A program made the position numbers and the translations under genes. Below the pieces are notes generated by a model, which worked only from the letters and a program-made list of their open reading frames with translations, made no database searches and was not told where the DNA came from. 50,057 nucleotides of DNA from a virus (Duplodnaviria; Caudoviricetes), in the IMG/VR virus record IMGVR_UViG_3300046411_000702, positions 1-50,057 of that record, one strand, 5' to 3'. This document shows positions 29,498 through 38,148 of the stretch, piece after piece. Numbering within the stretch: the stretch's first letter is position 1; every line of letters starts with the position of its first letter.

Positions 29498-29699
29498 TGT
29501 GACTGCTTTTATGTTAGCATGTTATTTAAACGGAGTATTAGAAGGAGCTATATATTTTAAATCAGTAAGCGATTGTTCATATTATAGTAAATTTTTAAGC
29601 GAACAAGAATTTGATAGTGCGACAGGAAATACTATGATTTATAAATGTATATGTAAATTAGTTCCTAAAGTTGATCAAAATAAAGTGAGGGTATATTGA
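29487..29699 (+). CDS. Small Cys-containing protein
   Basis: YF.SV.DC..Y, CIC. Confidence 0.6.
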   Translation: MVSDVTAFMLACYLNGVLEGAIYFKSVSDCSYYSKFLSEQEFDSATGNTMIYKCICKLVPKVDQNKVRVY

Positions 29700-29845
29700 T
29701 GGAAAACATGGTTTTAGACGCATGGAATGATTTATCGTATCTTGAGGGAATATTATTCACATTTTGGTTATTTATACTGTATTACGGAAAAGTTTGGATT
29801 GATGCACGATTCAAAGGAAAGGAATGTAAATGCTCCAAGCGTTAA
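29699..29845 (+). CDS. 48-aa membrane protein (not in ORF track)
   Basis: MENMVLDAWNDLSYLEGILFTFWLFILYYGKVWID...; TGATG coupling. Confidence 0.6.
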   Translation: MENMVLDAWNDLSYLEGILFTFWLFILYYGKVWIDARFKGKECKCSKR

Positions 29846-30228
29846 TAAGCCCTATTGGTAGTTTAGTAGGAACTTGGCTACAAGGTAGAGTAGATAAAAG
29901 CAAGGCAGAATCAGAAGTCAAGGTTGCCAGAGCTAAAGCAGAAGCCAAGGTATTTGAAACTGAGGCTACTTCTCAAATGTTAAATGAAAAAAAACTAACA
30001 GATCAAATGGGTGACTCTATTAAGGACGAGATATGGACGATATGGTTTGTGTTAGTTTTAACAGGTTGTTTTTTGCCATGGACACAAGAATATGTTAAAA
30101 ATGGTTTCATATTTTTAGATCAACATACACCAAGTTGGTTTCATAATTTATTATATGTAGTTATAGGTTCATCATTTGGATATAGATTTGGAAAGCAGGG
30201 GTTACAATTAATAAACAAGAAAAAATAG
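29830..30228 (+). CDS. Holin-like membrane protein
   Basis: S.KDE.W, two C-terminal TM segments, P.WF, SFG.R. Confidence 0.65.
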   Translation: MLQALISPIGSLVGTWLQGRVDKSKAESEVKVARAKAEAKVFETEATSQMLNEKKLTDQMGDSIKDEIWTIWFVLVLTGCFLPWTQEYVKNGFIFLDQHTPSWFHNLLYVVIGSSFGYRFGKQGLQLINKKK

Positions 30229-30359
30229 AAATATGCTATATACATAAGATAGCAATGACTAAGAAAGTAGAGGAAGAACCTATTCCATTTTTAGGTATAA
30301 AAAAATGGGTAACATATGAATGTCCTATGTGTGGCAATGTGATAGAATATGATGAATAG
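30225..30359 (+). CDS. Small zinc-ribbon protein (ATA start proposed; first ATG at 30255)
   Basis: IEICYIHKIAMTKK...YECPMCG; the CxxH half lies upstream of the first ATG. Confidence 0.45.
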   Translation: MEICYIHKIAMTKKVEEEPIPFLGIKKWVTYECPMCGNVIEYDE

Positions 30360-30588
30360 GAAAAAAAACAGAACAGGATTAAGTAACACTCAAAATGTAA
30401 GACTAGGTGGCTTGATAGCTGTAATAGACAGCAGGGAACCATACCCAAAGATTATGGAAGATTTAGAAACCAGAGGGTTCGCATTACGTCAACAAGGTAA
30501 TGTAATTATCACAGATAAAGGGAGGAAAGAAACTGTCAGGCTTGCTACTTTAGCAGGTCTTATGACATCTATAGACAAGGGAGGCTGA
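30349..30588 (+). CDS. Hypothetical protein (winged-helix-like C-terminus)
   Basis: L..RGF....ITDKG. Confidence 0.6.
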   Translation: MMNRKKNRTGLSNTQNVRLGGLIAVIDSREPYPKIMEDLETRGFALRQQGNVIITDKGRKETVRLATLAGLMTSIDKGG

Positions 30589-30589
30589 A

Positions 30590-31327
30590 ATAGTTGTAGC
30601 AGAAATTCTTACAGGAATAGCCCTTGTTAAACAAAGTGTAGACTTCATAAAGAGTAATATAAATACAGTTTCAGATATTAAAGACATAGCTAAACAGATT
30701 GATGGTTTTTTTGAAGGCGAATCTCAAATGAACAAAAAATCTGGTAAAGGGCTAGGAATAGCAGAACAGTTTGGAATAGAATCAACTGCTTCTGACTTTA
30801 TTGATAGAAAACTTTTAGAAGAAAAAAGACAAGAATTAAAAAATATGATTAACCTAAGATTTGGACCAACTGCTTGGGATCAAATTATAGCTGAAAGAGC
30901 AAATAGAATTTCAGAGGCAAAAGAAGCAGTCAGACTTCAAAAGGTTGAAAAAAGACAACAACAAAAAGAAATTATAGATACATTACAAACTATGGGTATT
31001 ATATTTTGTGTAATAGCTGTAATAGGTATAGTGATAATGCTTACATTTAAAGCTTATGCTTATGAATATAAACCTAGAAATTACACAAAAAAACAACTTG
31101 AAAATCAAGGTGTGATTCAAAAACCAAAATACACTACATGTCGTTTACAAAAACGAATAAAATCAAAAAGTGGTATGATGGCTTGTATTTATATAGGTAA
31201 TAATCAAACTTATGAAATGATGATAGAAAGTTGGTGTCCCAAACAATATAAATGTATTTATAACCCTTGGGGCAAAGAGCCAAATATAGATGATGTCATT
31301 AACTCTCTTAATAGTGCTGTAAAATAA
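30590..31327 (+). CDS. Membrane protein with Cys-rich C-terminus; 46-codon extension upstream of ATG 30728
   Basis: GGAGG at 30580-30584 then ATA GTT GTA GCA...; frame open to 30728; TM segment GIIFCVIAVIGIVIML. Confidence 0.65.
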   Translation: MVVAEILTGIALVKQSVDFIKSNINTVSDIKDIAKQIDGFFEGESQMNKKSGKGLGIAEQFGIESTASDFIDRKLLEEKRQELKNMINLRFGPTAWDQIIAERANRISEAKEAVRLQKVEKRQQQKEIIDTLQTMGIIFCVIAVIGIVIMLTFKAYAYEYKPRNYTKKQLENQGVIQKPKYTTCRLQKRIKSKSGMMACIYIGNNQTYEMMIESWCPKQYKCIYNPWGKEPNIDDVINSLNSAVK

Positions 31328-31338
31328 ACTCTATAAAA

Positions 31339-31388
31339 GGGTTTACTTCTTTAAATTTTATATATATCATGAAATATGTAAATATATT
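31339..31388 (+). promoter_or_regulatory. Early promoter P2 with +1 box
   Basis: GGG-TTTACT-17-TATCAT-6-TGTAAATATATT then AAGGAG. Confidence 0.8.
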
Positions 31389-31402
31389 AAAAGGAGATTT
31401 AA

Positions 31403-31594
31403 ATGAACGATATTTTACACGACATCAAAAAACTAGAAGACATACAGGCTTCTGTGGGTCAATTTTCAGCATCAACAGTTAAATCTTTCATACAGGATAT
31501 GATTAACGAAAAACAAAATATTATCCTAGAGTTTGAAAGTAATGTTCCTGCTCACATTAAAGAATTAAACAATAAAATCAAAGGAGATATATAA
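31403..31594 (+). CDS. Hypothetical early protein
   Basis: AAGGAG SD; first gene after P2. Confidence 0.7.
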   Translation: MNDILHDIKKLEDIQASVGQFSASTVKSFIQDMINEKQNIILEFESNVPAHIKELNNKIKGDI

Positions 31595-31818
31595 TGGGTG
31601 GTCAAGCATTTAAAAATCATCTTGAAGATAGTTTTGATGATAAATTGATAACAATCATTAGCGATAGTCAGCATATTGAAGAAGCATTAAAAAAAGGTGA
31701 AGAACTTTTTGGTCAAATGTTTTCAGGTCAATGTACTGACGGCATACCAACTGATATGTTGAGTGAACATATAACAGATGTATGGAACGAATATTGGTCA
31801 AAATATTATGTCAGGTAG
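31594..31818 (+). CDS. Acidic hypothetical early protein
   Basis: AAGGAG SD; coupled to the upstream gene. Confidence 0.7.
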   Translation: MGGQAFKNHLEDSFDDKLITIISDSQHIEEALKKGEELFGQMFSGQCTDGIPTDMLSEHITDVWNEYWSKYYVR

Positions 31819-32020
31819 TTTTAATGAGGATATAATTATCAAGATATCCTTAAAAGAATTAAATAAAATGAAACTTACTAGCAGTGAATTAACCACTGTT
31901 AGTAAGATAATTGAATGGGTAGAACCTCTGCAAGATGATGCGAGTTTAAAAGAAGATTTTGAAAAAATTAATAAACTTAATAAAAAAATAAAAAGGTTAT
32001 TAGGAAATGCTGAATATTGA
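31808..32020 (+). CDS. Hypothetical protein
   Basis: ORF track 31778-32020; ATG 31808 gives a smaller overlap. Confidence 0.5.
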   Translation: MSGSFNEDIIIKISLKELNKMKLTSSELTTVSKIIEWVEPLQDDASLKEDFEKINKLNKKIKRLLGNAEY

Positions 32021-32267
32021 AGTAAAGAAAATATGGGCAGGTAAATATGCCTCAATTAGAGAGCCTCAATTAAAAAAGGCTATATCAAGTGGTGGTCTTA
32101 TTATTAAATTTGATAATAAACACATGATACTTAATAAAAATGAATTGATGAATTTAAAATCAAACACACGAGAATTTAAAAGTAAATTTGGTAACAAACC
32201 ATATAGACTTATTGATATTGTGTGGAAACCTTCTGAAATCCCTATAAACCAACTAAATTTAATATAA
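32007..32267 (+). CDS. Basic hypothetical protein
   Basis: VKKIW.G..SIR, SKFG..Y.L.D..WK. Confidence 0.65.
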   Translation: MLNIEVKKIWAGKYASIREPQLKKAISSGGLIIKFDNKHMILNKNELMNLKSNTREFKSKFGNKPYRLIDIVWKPSEIPINQLNLI

Positions 32268-32298
32268 TTACGTTTTTTTTAATAAAAACTCTTTTTTA

Positions 32299-32348
32299 GG
32301 GTTTACTTCTGTAAAGAATGGGTTTATGCTGAAAAGTGTAAATACATT
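32299..32348 (+). promoter_or_regulatory. Early promoter P3 with +1 box
   Basis: GGG-TTTACT-17-TATGCT-6-TGTAAATACATT then AGGAG. Confidence 0.8.
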
Positions 32349-32364
32349 TTAACAGGAGAAAAAA

Positions 32365-32943
32365 ATGAAAATAGTTATTCACGTTCAAGACTTAGAAGCT
32401 AGAGGCGATAGATGGAAATATACTTTTGGTGAGTGTTATGTCATTAGAAATATATCTGAAGTAGATTTAGCTAAATATGATAATGTTTACTTTAAGGAGT
32501 TCTTAGAGAACCATTTTAACTCATCATATACTGGGTTAGCACCTACTCAAGAATATGAGAGGCAATCTTATATTCATTCAATTGATATTAAGGAAGATAA
32601 TGAAGAAGAAACTGATCCTTGGATAGTCCCTTACGAACTTAAGGTTATTGAGCATCATGTTGATGCTGACCTTGCCAGAGGGGTAGCAGTAAACTCTTGC
32701 TCATTATTTGCTTCAAGATTCTGCCCTAGAGAAGACCATTGGTCAACAGCCCCTAAGTATCAAGATATAATAGGTTATGTTGAGCAGTGTGTTATCACCC
32801 CTACTTGTGATCATCAAAATTATAAAAAAGAGTATGTGTCAAAAGATACTCAAGAGATAGTAATTGATGGTTTTACTCATAATGATTTCTCAAGAAAGCC
32901 TTATGATATGAACGCTAATTATGATGAACAGGAAGCCTCTTAA
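32365..32943 (+). CDS. Acidic hypothetical early protein
   Basis: 192-aa ORF, strong SD. Confidence 0.75.
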   Translation: MKIVIHVQDLEARGDRWKYTFGECYVIRNISEVDLAKYDNVYFKEFLENHFNSSYTGLAPTQEYERQSYIHSIDIKEDNEEETDPWIVPYELKVIEHHVDADLARGVAVNSCSLFASRFCPREDHWSTAPKYQDIIGYVEQCVITPTCDHQNYKKEYVSKDTQEIVIDGFTHNDFSRKPYDMNANYDEQEAS

Positions 32944-32969
32944 TGAGGCTTCCCATGGGGAGATATAAT

Positions 32970-33248
32970 ATGAAAAAAACAATCTGCTTATTATTTATTG
33001 TCCTTGCATCATGCTCTAGTCAAGAAAGATATATCATTGACCCAAGAGCGAGTAAATACCCTAAAGAATTATTTAGGGATAAATTAGAGTGTAAGGAAAT
33101 CGCTAAAACCCTTATAGAGGCAAAGAACGAGACTATCTTTGGCTTTATACCTTTTTGTACGTCAAGTGAATGTATGAGATTTGCAGACGTTAATTACGAC
33201 CCAATCAAAAAATGCCTAGTAAATCGTGGGCATTCTGTTTTAAATTAA
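32970..33248 (+). CDS. Predicted lipoprotein
   Basis: MKKTICLLFIVLASC lipobox; D..EC and CL..RG pattern; GGAG SD before 32970. Confidence 0.7.
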   Translation: MKKTICLLFIVLASCSSQERYIIDPRASKYPKELFRDKLECKEIAKTLIEAKNETIFGFIPFCTSSECMRFADVNYDPIKKCLVNRGHSVLN

Positions 33249-33258
33249 GGAGAAAAAT

Positions 33259-34161
33259 ATGTTAAATACTGAAATAAGACACGCTTTAAATGAAATCAAT
33301 TTTCCAATAGCTGTTCAAGAAATCCCTACTATCCCTAATGATCAATTTAGAAAAATCGTTAGAACTGATAGTGATACTTTTTTAGGTATGTGTAAAACTA
33401 GATATAAGCCTATAAATCATATGGATGCGTTTGGTGGTGCTATTGAAAACATTATAAATGCAGGTCTAAAAGTAAATCCAGAAGATATAAAGGTTGAAAG
33501 CTACGAACATGGTGCTATGGCTAAAATGGAATTCACTATTCCTCAACAAAAAGTTATTGTTGGTAAACATGAACTCACATTGAAATATATAGCTAGAAAT
33601 TCATATAATGGTCGTTGGAAGTTTCAATCATTTTTTGGGTGGTTAAATGCAGTTTGTTTTAATACATTAGTATCAGGTCGTCAACTTGCCTATACAGCAA
33701 ACAGACACACAAAGCTTTTTGACATTGAGGCATCAAATGCAAAAATATACAATGCAGTTGAAGCAGTTACTGACGAAACTAAAAATTATACTGACTGGTG
33801 GTATAAAAGAATTGATGATGATCAAGTAGCAGATATGTTTAAAAAGACTATCTGCAAAAAAGACACCAACATTCAAAAATATGTTTCTGAAGATCAAGAA
33901 ACTAATAAAAAGCGTTTATCACAATTAATGGATTTATATGACGCTGAGAGACGTCAAATACATGGCAAGGGTGATTACACCAATGGATATGTAAAAGGCT
34001 CTCTATGGTGTGCTTTTCAATCAGCAACGTACTGGTCAACGCATATTGATTCTACTATGGCTAAAGATAATTATAAAAAACATATTATCCAACAAAAGAG
34101 GGAAACTTCAGTTAGAAATATGATTAATTCAAATACATGGAAAGAATTAGAAAAAGTTTAA
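33259..34161 (+). CDS. DUF932-like protein
   Basis: VRTD..LG....Y.PI.H, NSYNG, VC.N.L, RHT, LW..FQ..T.W.TH. Confidence 0.75.
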   Translation: MLNTEIRHALNEINFPIAVQEIPTIPNDQFRKIVRTDSDTFLGMCKTRYKPINHMDAFGGAIENIINAGLKVNPEDIKVESYEHGAMAKMEFTIPQQKVIVGKHELTLKYIARNSYNGRWKFQSFFGWLNAVCFNTLVSGRQLAYTANRHTKLFDIEASNAKIYNAVEAVTDETKNYTDWWYKRIDDDQVADMFKKTICKKDTNIQKYVSEDQETNKKRLSQLMDLYDAERRQIHGKGDYTNGYVKGSLWCAFQSATYWSTHIDSTMAKDNYKKHIIQQKRETSVRNMINSNTWKELEKV

Positions 34162-34182
34162 AAATTAATAAAAATTTAAAAG

Positions 34183-34207
34183 GAGGGTTAATAGCCCTCT
34201 TTTTTTT
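34183..34207 (+). terminator. Intrinsic terminator upstream of P4
   Basis: GAGGGTT-aat-AGCCCTC (one G-U pair) followed by a T-tract. Confidence 0.75.
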
Positions 34208-34226
34208 ATAAAAAAACCCTATTTAA

Positions 34227-34275
34227 GGGTTTACTTTAAAGTAAAAGTGTAGTACTCTAATAATGTAAATATATT
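34227..34275 (+). promoter_or_regulatory. Early promoter P4 with +1 box
   Basis: GGG-TTTACT-17-TACTCT-5-TGTAAATATATT then AAGGAG. Confidence 0.8.
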
Positions 34276-34290
34276 TTAAGGAGTAATTAA

Positions 34291-34530
34291 ATGAACGATA
34301 TAAATAATTCAAATGAATATGATGCTTATCTAGTAAGGCATTCAGTAGGTTATATGGTGACTCAATTTCTAGGTCGTGGTCAATATAATAAAACTGAATT
34401 TGATACTATTGATCAAGCTAATCAGTTTGTAAGTAAAGTAAAAGAATCAAATCCTAATGCTAGAGTAATGGTTTATGGTTTATCAATGCCACCTCATGCT
34501 ACTAAGCCTATTTCAATAGCTATAAATTAA
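34291..34530 (+). CDS. Hypothetical early protein
   Basis: First gene after P4; SD present. Confidence 0.7.
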   Translation: MNDINNSNEYDAYLVRHSVGYMVTQFLGRGQYNKTEFDTIDQANQFVSKVKESNPNARVMVYGLSMPPHATKPISIAIN

Positions 34531-34541
34531 GGAGGATTATT

Positions 34542-35771
34542 ATGAAAGCTTTATTATGCAGTGAAGTCATTAGTGCTTTGGGTAATCCTAAAAAGAGTAT
34601 TTTAGGTTATTGTGGGGGCAAGATAGCTGATGCTAAAATTAATCAATTAAGAAGTGAATTAGTTTTATCAAATAAGTTTAGTTTTTCAAATGAATTTTTG
34701 AAAAAGGTAACTCATGCAAGTTTTGAAAAACCTTCAGTTCTTTTAGATATGTGTGACTCAGCCATACCTCCATTTAATAATATTTGGATAGAGTGGGACG
34801 AAGATTTACGTCAAGAAATTCATGAGGAGTTCCATGGTTCAAAAATTTATAATATGAAAAGTTATAAAGATATTGGTGGTTTAGGTTATCACATTAAAAG
34901 TTTTGAAGATGACTTGGGTGATAGATACTTCTTATATCAAGCTTATTTTAAACACGATAAGTGGAAACAGATAGCCTCACAGCCTATGTGCTTTACTTTA
35001 AATAATGCAACTAATGACATGACTTATGACGATTATCGTGCCAAGCAAGAATTATTAGCTGAAATACCATCTTATATGCAGGCTAAAGATGAAAAGCAGT
35101 GGAATAATACAGTTTTTGAAGTTGGCTCAAAACTTATGGCACACTGGTATACTATGCAGTATGTTCCAAAGAAAGTGTTGAATAAACATGCAGAGATTAA
35201 TTCTGATGGTAATGGTTCTTTCATGGTTGATGCTAAAGTTGCTCACGAGTTAAAAAAATATAATAAATCATATGAGTGGAACTGCCTTTATGAATTATTT
35301 GAAAGATTAGGTTCAGTACAAGGAGCACCTATGCATTGGTCAATACCTGCACATAAATTTGAGCAGGGATATACCCTTGAAGAAATGAGGCAATTTAATA
35401 ATGCTTTTTTAGATTCATGTGAGGGTGATGCACGATTTATCATTTCAGCACTTGGGTTAATGAATATGGGTATACATGAGTCAACAGTTGTACAACCTGA
35501 TAATAAAATAATTCATACTTATAATAGTCAAAGAGTTCCAAGAAATGAGTATAAAGTTTTGAATATTAACCTTACTGAAAGGCAAGTAAGAAAGCTTTAT
35601 AAAAGTAAATTTACAGGTCAAGGGTCAGCCAAGCGTGAACATGAAAGGAGGGGTCATTGGAGGCATTATAGAGACGCTACTGGAACTATAATAAGAAAGG
35701 TATGGGTCAAATCTTGTACAGCAGGTAATAAAAATCTAGGCTCAATAGATAAAGATTATAATATTAAATAG
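34542..35771 (+). CDS. Hypothetical protein with C-terminal H-x-RRGHWRH motif
   Basis: PPFNNIWIEW near the N-terminus; REHERRGHWRHY..VWVK..GN..LG..KDY. Confidence 0.75.
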   Translation: MKALLCSEVISALGNPKKSILGYCGGKIADAKINQLRSELVLSNKFSFSNEFLKKVTHASFEKPSVLLDMCDSAIPPFNNIWIEWDEDLRQEIHEEFHGSKIYNMKSYKDIGGLGYHIKSFEDDLGDRYFLYQAYFKHDKWKQIASQPMCFTLNNATNDMTYDDYRAKQELLAEIPSYMQAKDEKQWNNTVFEVGSKLMAHWYTMQYVPKKVLNKHAEINSDGNGSFMVDAKVAHELKKYNKSYEWNCLYELFERLGSVQGAPMHWSIPAHKFEQGYTLEEMRQFNNAFLDSCEGDARFIISALGLMNMGIHESTVVQPDNKIIHTYNSQRVPRNEYKVLNINLTERQVRKLYKSKFTGQGSAKREHERRGHWRHYRDATGTIIRKVWVKSCTAGNKNLGSIDKDYNIK

Positions 35772-35780
35772 GAGGATAAT

Positions 35781-35999
35781 ATGAAAAATGTATGTATATT
35801 TGATGATTTATTTGAAGCAATTAAAAATAATAATCGTCATGAAACACTAAAGCTCTTTAAGTTATGTGTCAGGGCAAATACAAACCTTGATAAACTAGCA
35901 CAAAGATTGCAAAATAAATTTGATAAAGAGTTAATCTTTATTGATGACATTAGAAATTATCTTGCGAATTTTATTTGTCGTGCTAGGATGTATAAATGA
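35781..35999 (+). CDS. Hypothetical protein
   Basis: AGGAGG SD. Confidence 0.65.
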   Translation: MKNVCIFDDLFEAIKNNNRHETLKLFKLCVRANTNLDKLAQRLQNKFDKELIFIDDIRNYLANFICRARMYK

Positions 36000-36120
36000 T
36001 TGGTTATGGTCTGATGAAATATATTTACACATTTTCTTCTTAGCACCATTTAGCGACATAAAGCATCAGATAATATGTCGCAATGATTTAGTTTTGGTGT
36101 CCTTTCAATTCATTTACCAA
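35993..36120 (+). ncRNA. Candidate structured RNA in the convergent gap
   Basis: Nested complementary segments GCGACATA/TATGTCGC, GCACCA/TGGTGT, TAAATGATTG/CAATTCATTTA, plus TCTGATG complementary to loop CATCAGA. Confidence 0.35.
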
Positions 36121-36127
36121 AACTTAA

Positions 36128-36173
36128 GGGTGAACTTGATGGTTATGGTTGAACATTAGGTTCACCCATTTTT
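36128..36173 (+). terminator. Long hairpin terminator at the convergence point
   Basis: GGGTGAACTTGATG ... CATTAGGTTCACCC followed by ATTTTT. Confidence 0.6.
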
Positions 36174-36570
36174 AAATACCTAAACTTCTATGATTTGAGC
36201 TTTTAGTTTGCCAAGCACTTATTTTTATTTCTGCTGATTTCCATAAAAAAAGTAATCTTTCATGCTGATATATAGCAGTTTGTAAAGCTTTTATGTGGTC
36301 TTGATAATCTTGGTGTGCATAAGCTTCTCTTTCTTGTGCTGATATAGGTGATTCAATAAACTTTTTCATTAAAAGAGACTTAAGGGACTTTCTATATTCT
36401 TCCATATATTTTCTTTTAGCAGATGCTTCAGCTAAATTATCAGCATTATCTCTCATAAAATTAATTGCTTTTTCAATATCTAAATCGTTAAGTGTAGATA
36501 CACTAGGTCTTTCATCAAGTTTTTTTTCAGACATAGCTTTAATTACTTCCCTTTTAGTTTTAATCTTCAT
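36172..36570 (-). CDS. Helical protein, possible recombination mediator (UvsY-like)
   Basis: Coiled-coil pattern, AQEREAYAH..Y, W.T..SN.R; sits in the recombination operon. Confidence 0.55.
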   Translation of the reverse strand: MKIKTKREVIKAMSEKKLDERPSVSTLNDLDIEKAINFMRDNADNLAEASAKRKYMEEYRKSLKSLLMKKFIESPISAQEREAYAHQDYQDHIKALQTAIYQHERLLFLWKSAEIKISAWQTKSSNHRSLGI

Positions 36571-36707
36571 TTAAATCTTTTTCTTCTACTCAGTTCTTTT
36601 TTAGTACATAAGCAGTTGCTCAAAATATTTGCTGACCAGTCAATTGGTAATATTACGGCATTACAAATCTGACAATGTAAAGACTTACCTATTGTGTAAG
36701 GTCTCAT
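36567..36707 (-). CDS. 46-aa Cys-rich protein (not in ORF track)
   Basis: MRPYTIGKSLHCQICNAV...NCLCTKK; ATGA coupling to the downstream gene. Confidence 0.5.
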   Translation of the reverse strand: MRPYTIGKSLHCQICNAVILPIDWSANILSNCLCTKKELSRRKRFK

Positions 36708-36721
36708 ATCTAAAAAATAAT

Positions 36722-37042
36722 TTATTTTTTTGGTCTTGTTTCCCATAATTGTTTTGCTAATAGCCTTCCGTAATCATTTTGTAAATTAAAGTGTTTCCAG
36801 AACTTATCTTCGTCACCAAAAACGTCATGTAGTAAATGATGATGATATTGGCATAAAGGTATTACATTATTATCAGATGATTTCATTCCCATGCCTCTGA
36901 AGCCTTCATAGGGCTTTAAAAGATGATGGGCTTGTACATTATGAGTGCAACTAAAATAATCAATATCAGCTATACAACACCTCATTTTTGAAACATATAT
37001 TAAATGTTTTTTATCCTTAATTCTTGGTGTCTTTGCATACAT
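36722..37042 (-). CDS. DUF968 / HNH-like nuclease
   Basis: QAHHL..GMG.K..D..IPLC..HH..H. Confidence 0.75.
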   Translation of the reverse strand: MYAKTPRIKDKKHLIYVSKMRCCIADIDYFSCTHNVQAHHLLKPYEGFRGMGMKSSDNNVIPLCQYHHHLLHDVFGDEDKFWKHFNLQNDYGRLLAKQLWETRPKK

Positions 37043-37179
37043 TTATTTAAACGTTGTTTCTCATAATTATCATTATGTTTTGACGTAATTCCTAAACACT
37101 TTATACATATAAATTTGCTATGCAAGAAGAGCAATAAATATTGTCCACCTACATAGCATTTACTGCAAACTCTGGACAC
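37000..37179 (-). CDS. 59-aa zinc-finger protein (not in ORF track)
   Basis: GTG start after GGGGG; CSKC...CIKC. Confidence 0.45.
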   Translation of the reverse strand: MSRVCSKCYVGGQYLLLFLHSKFICIKCLGITSKHNDNYEKQRLNKCMQRHQELRIKNI

Positions 37180-37196
37180 TATAACCCCCTTTTTAA

Positions 37197-37595
37197 TTAG
37201 AATGGGTTATTTGTCTCCTTATCGTCAACATTTTTTTTAACATTTGATCCGTCATCAAAATCCTTTAATGATAAGCTTATATAATTATTTCCTTTATCAT
37301 TTGATTTTTTCCAAGCAGATATCACCATAGATTTAACGTTATTTAAAACATTTATCACTCCTTTTGCATCAGGGTGATCATCTTTCTGCTTATCTTCATT
37401 TTTCTTAAGAGTCCCCATAGCTTTGTATAACTCAAGTATAGGAACACCATCTTTGTTATTTCTTTGAACAGCTATTACTCTTTCATCGCCATTCCCAATA
37501 TTAATTTTACCTTGTTGAGTGATAATCCAATCATCAGAGTTTGAAAATAAAATCCCAGAATTAGTATTATCATATGATTTAGTATTATAATTCAT
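37197..37595 (-). CDS. Putative ssDNA-binding protein
   Basis: HPD.KG.I, SAWKK..G..YISLS, C-terminal PF tail. Confidence 0.6.
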   Translation of the reverse strand: MNYNTKSYDNTNSGILFSNSDDWIITQQGKINIGNGDERVIAVQRNNKDGVPILELYKAMGTLKKNEDKQKDDHPDAKGVINVLNNVKSMVISAWKKSNDKGNNYISLSLKDFDDGSNVKKNVDDKETNNPF

Positions 37596-37605
37596 TTAAA
37601 CCTCC

Positions 37606-38148
37606 TTATAAAACGTCGTTATTATTTGATTCATATTTTTGTTTAGGCTCAGTTTCAGGTACAGGGTGTACATAAGAACCATCATATAAATCAAAACCAA
37701 GCCCAAAAAGAGCTATAGTTTTTACTAAACATCTCATTTTAGTATCATTTATATCTTTTGAAGTAGGGTTTGCTATAGATTTATTTTTAAAATCCATAAC
37801 AGGAAGCCACATTTTCTTTGTAATTCCTTGAATAGTTACTTTACAAAAAACTGAAGCAGTATCATTAGGATAAAATAAACAATCATAAACATGACCATCT
37901 TTTTCAAATGTTTCAAAATCAAACTCTGCATCAGGATATTTAGCAATCAAATCCCTCCAACAAGCACTCCATTTATAGTAAGGCAAAGAGTAACTTTCTT
38001 CATGCCATTGATTATTTTTACCTTTAACATTCCTTGTATGGGTTCTGATTTCAATTTTATCAGGGTCTGTTTTATTATTTCCCTCAGTAAAAGATTCCCA
38101 TATATTTTTAAAAGCCTCTGCTTTTGATATTGTTACAACTTCTGTCAT
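37606..38148 (-). CDS. Sak3/DUF1071 single-strand annealing protein
   Basis: Y..WS..W, WLPVMD..N, DIN...MRCLVK.IA.FGLG; GGAGG SD and ATGA coupling at 38148. Confidence 0.82.
   Translation of the reverse strand: MTEVVTISKAEAFKNIWESFTEGNNKTDPDKIEIRTHTRNVKGKNNQWHEESYSLPYYKWSACWRDLIAKYPDAEFDFETFEKDGHVYDCLFYPNDTASVFCKVTIQGITKKMWLPVMDFKNKSIANPTSKDINDTKMRCLVKTIALFGLGFDLYDGSYVHPVPETEPKQKYESNNNDVL

Noticed and set aside
36011-36017. CTGATGA as a hammerhead ribozyme core
   Set aside because: No GAAA following a stem II, so the core cannot be completed.
35941-36159. 72-aa plus-strand ORF
   Set aside because: Overlaps the SD-supported 35781 gene, has no SD and runs through hairpins; probably spurious.
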